A program made the translations under genes and the position numbers. This document shows, piece by piece, positions 63,934 to 64,000 of a DNA stretch of 64,000 nucleotides (the first letter of the stretch is position 1; every line of letters begins with the position of its first letter). The notes under the pieces are model-generated. The model was not told the origin of the DNA and did no database searches. It saw nothing but the letters and a program-made list of their open reading frames with translations. This DNA comes from Ramazzottius varieornatus (taxonomy: Eukaryota; Animalia; Tardigrada): the NCBI GenBank assembly GCA_001949185.1, contig BDGG01000002.1, positions 5,942,448 through 6,006,447 of the forward strand. The letters run 5' to 3'.

Positions 63934-64000
63934 CTGCAAAAGATCAGCAGAGGTGAGCTACTTCAACGAGCCAATCGATTCCACAAATCGTACCGCTTTC

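Overview
This is eukaryotic (animal) genomic DNA with GC a little under 50% by eye and mostly very short GT-AG introns. That points to a compact invertebrate genome; a tardigrade such as Ramazzottius is plausible but is only my inference. Hand-spliced gene models, in order: (1) 5' part of a secreted/luminal protein with a signal peptide and furin site, V-ATPase Ac45/ATP6AP1-like (-); (2) a 133-aa stand-alone chromodomain protein (+); (3) proteasome lid subunit PSMD3/Rpn3 (-), head-to-head with (4) deubiquitinase OTUD5/DUBA (+); (5) a Pim kinase (+); (6) Bicaudal-D (-); (7) SEPSECS (+); (8) homothorax/Meis (+, about 17 kb, 10 exons); (9) CAMKMT (-); (10) the 3' half of a PKA type II regulatory subunit (-). 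Accessory DNA includes 12 loci of a ~120-bp palindromic MITE family, two TA-flanked MITEs, a 621-bp hAT-type element with an 8-bp TSD and two decayed CACTA/EnSpm-like transposase relics. One relic sits divergently to a spliced, inactivated PWWP/Tudor-like plus BEN-like gene. There is also a decayed AlkB-like dioxygenase relic. The most notable items are the putative transposon-borne chromatin-reader gene, the OTUD5-Pim gene order matching human OTUD5-PIM2, the mini chromodomain gene, the hth GC-donor exon extension and the AlkB relic. I found no CRISPR, rRNA or tRNA. All assignments come from motif recognition, not database searches.
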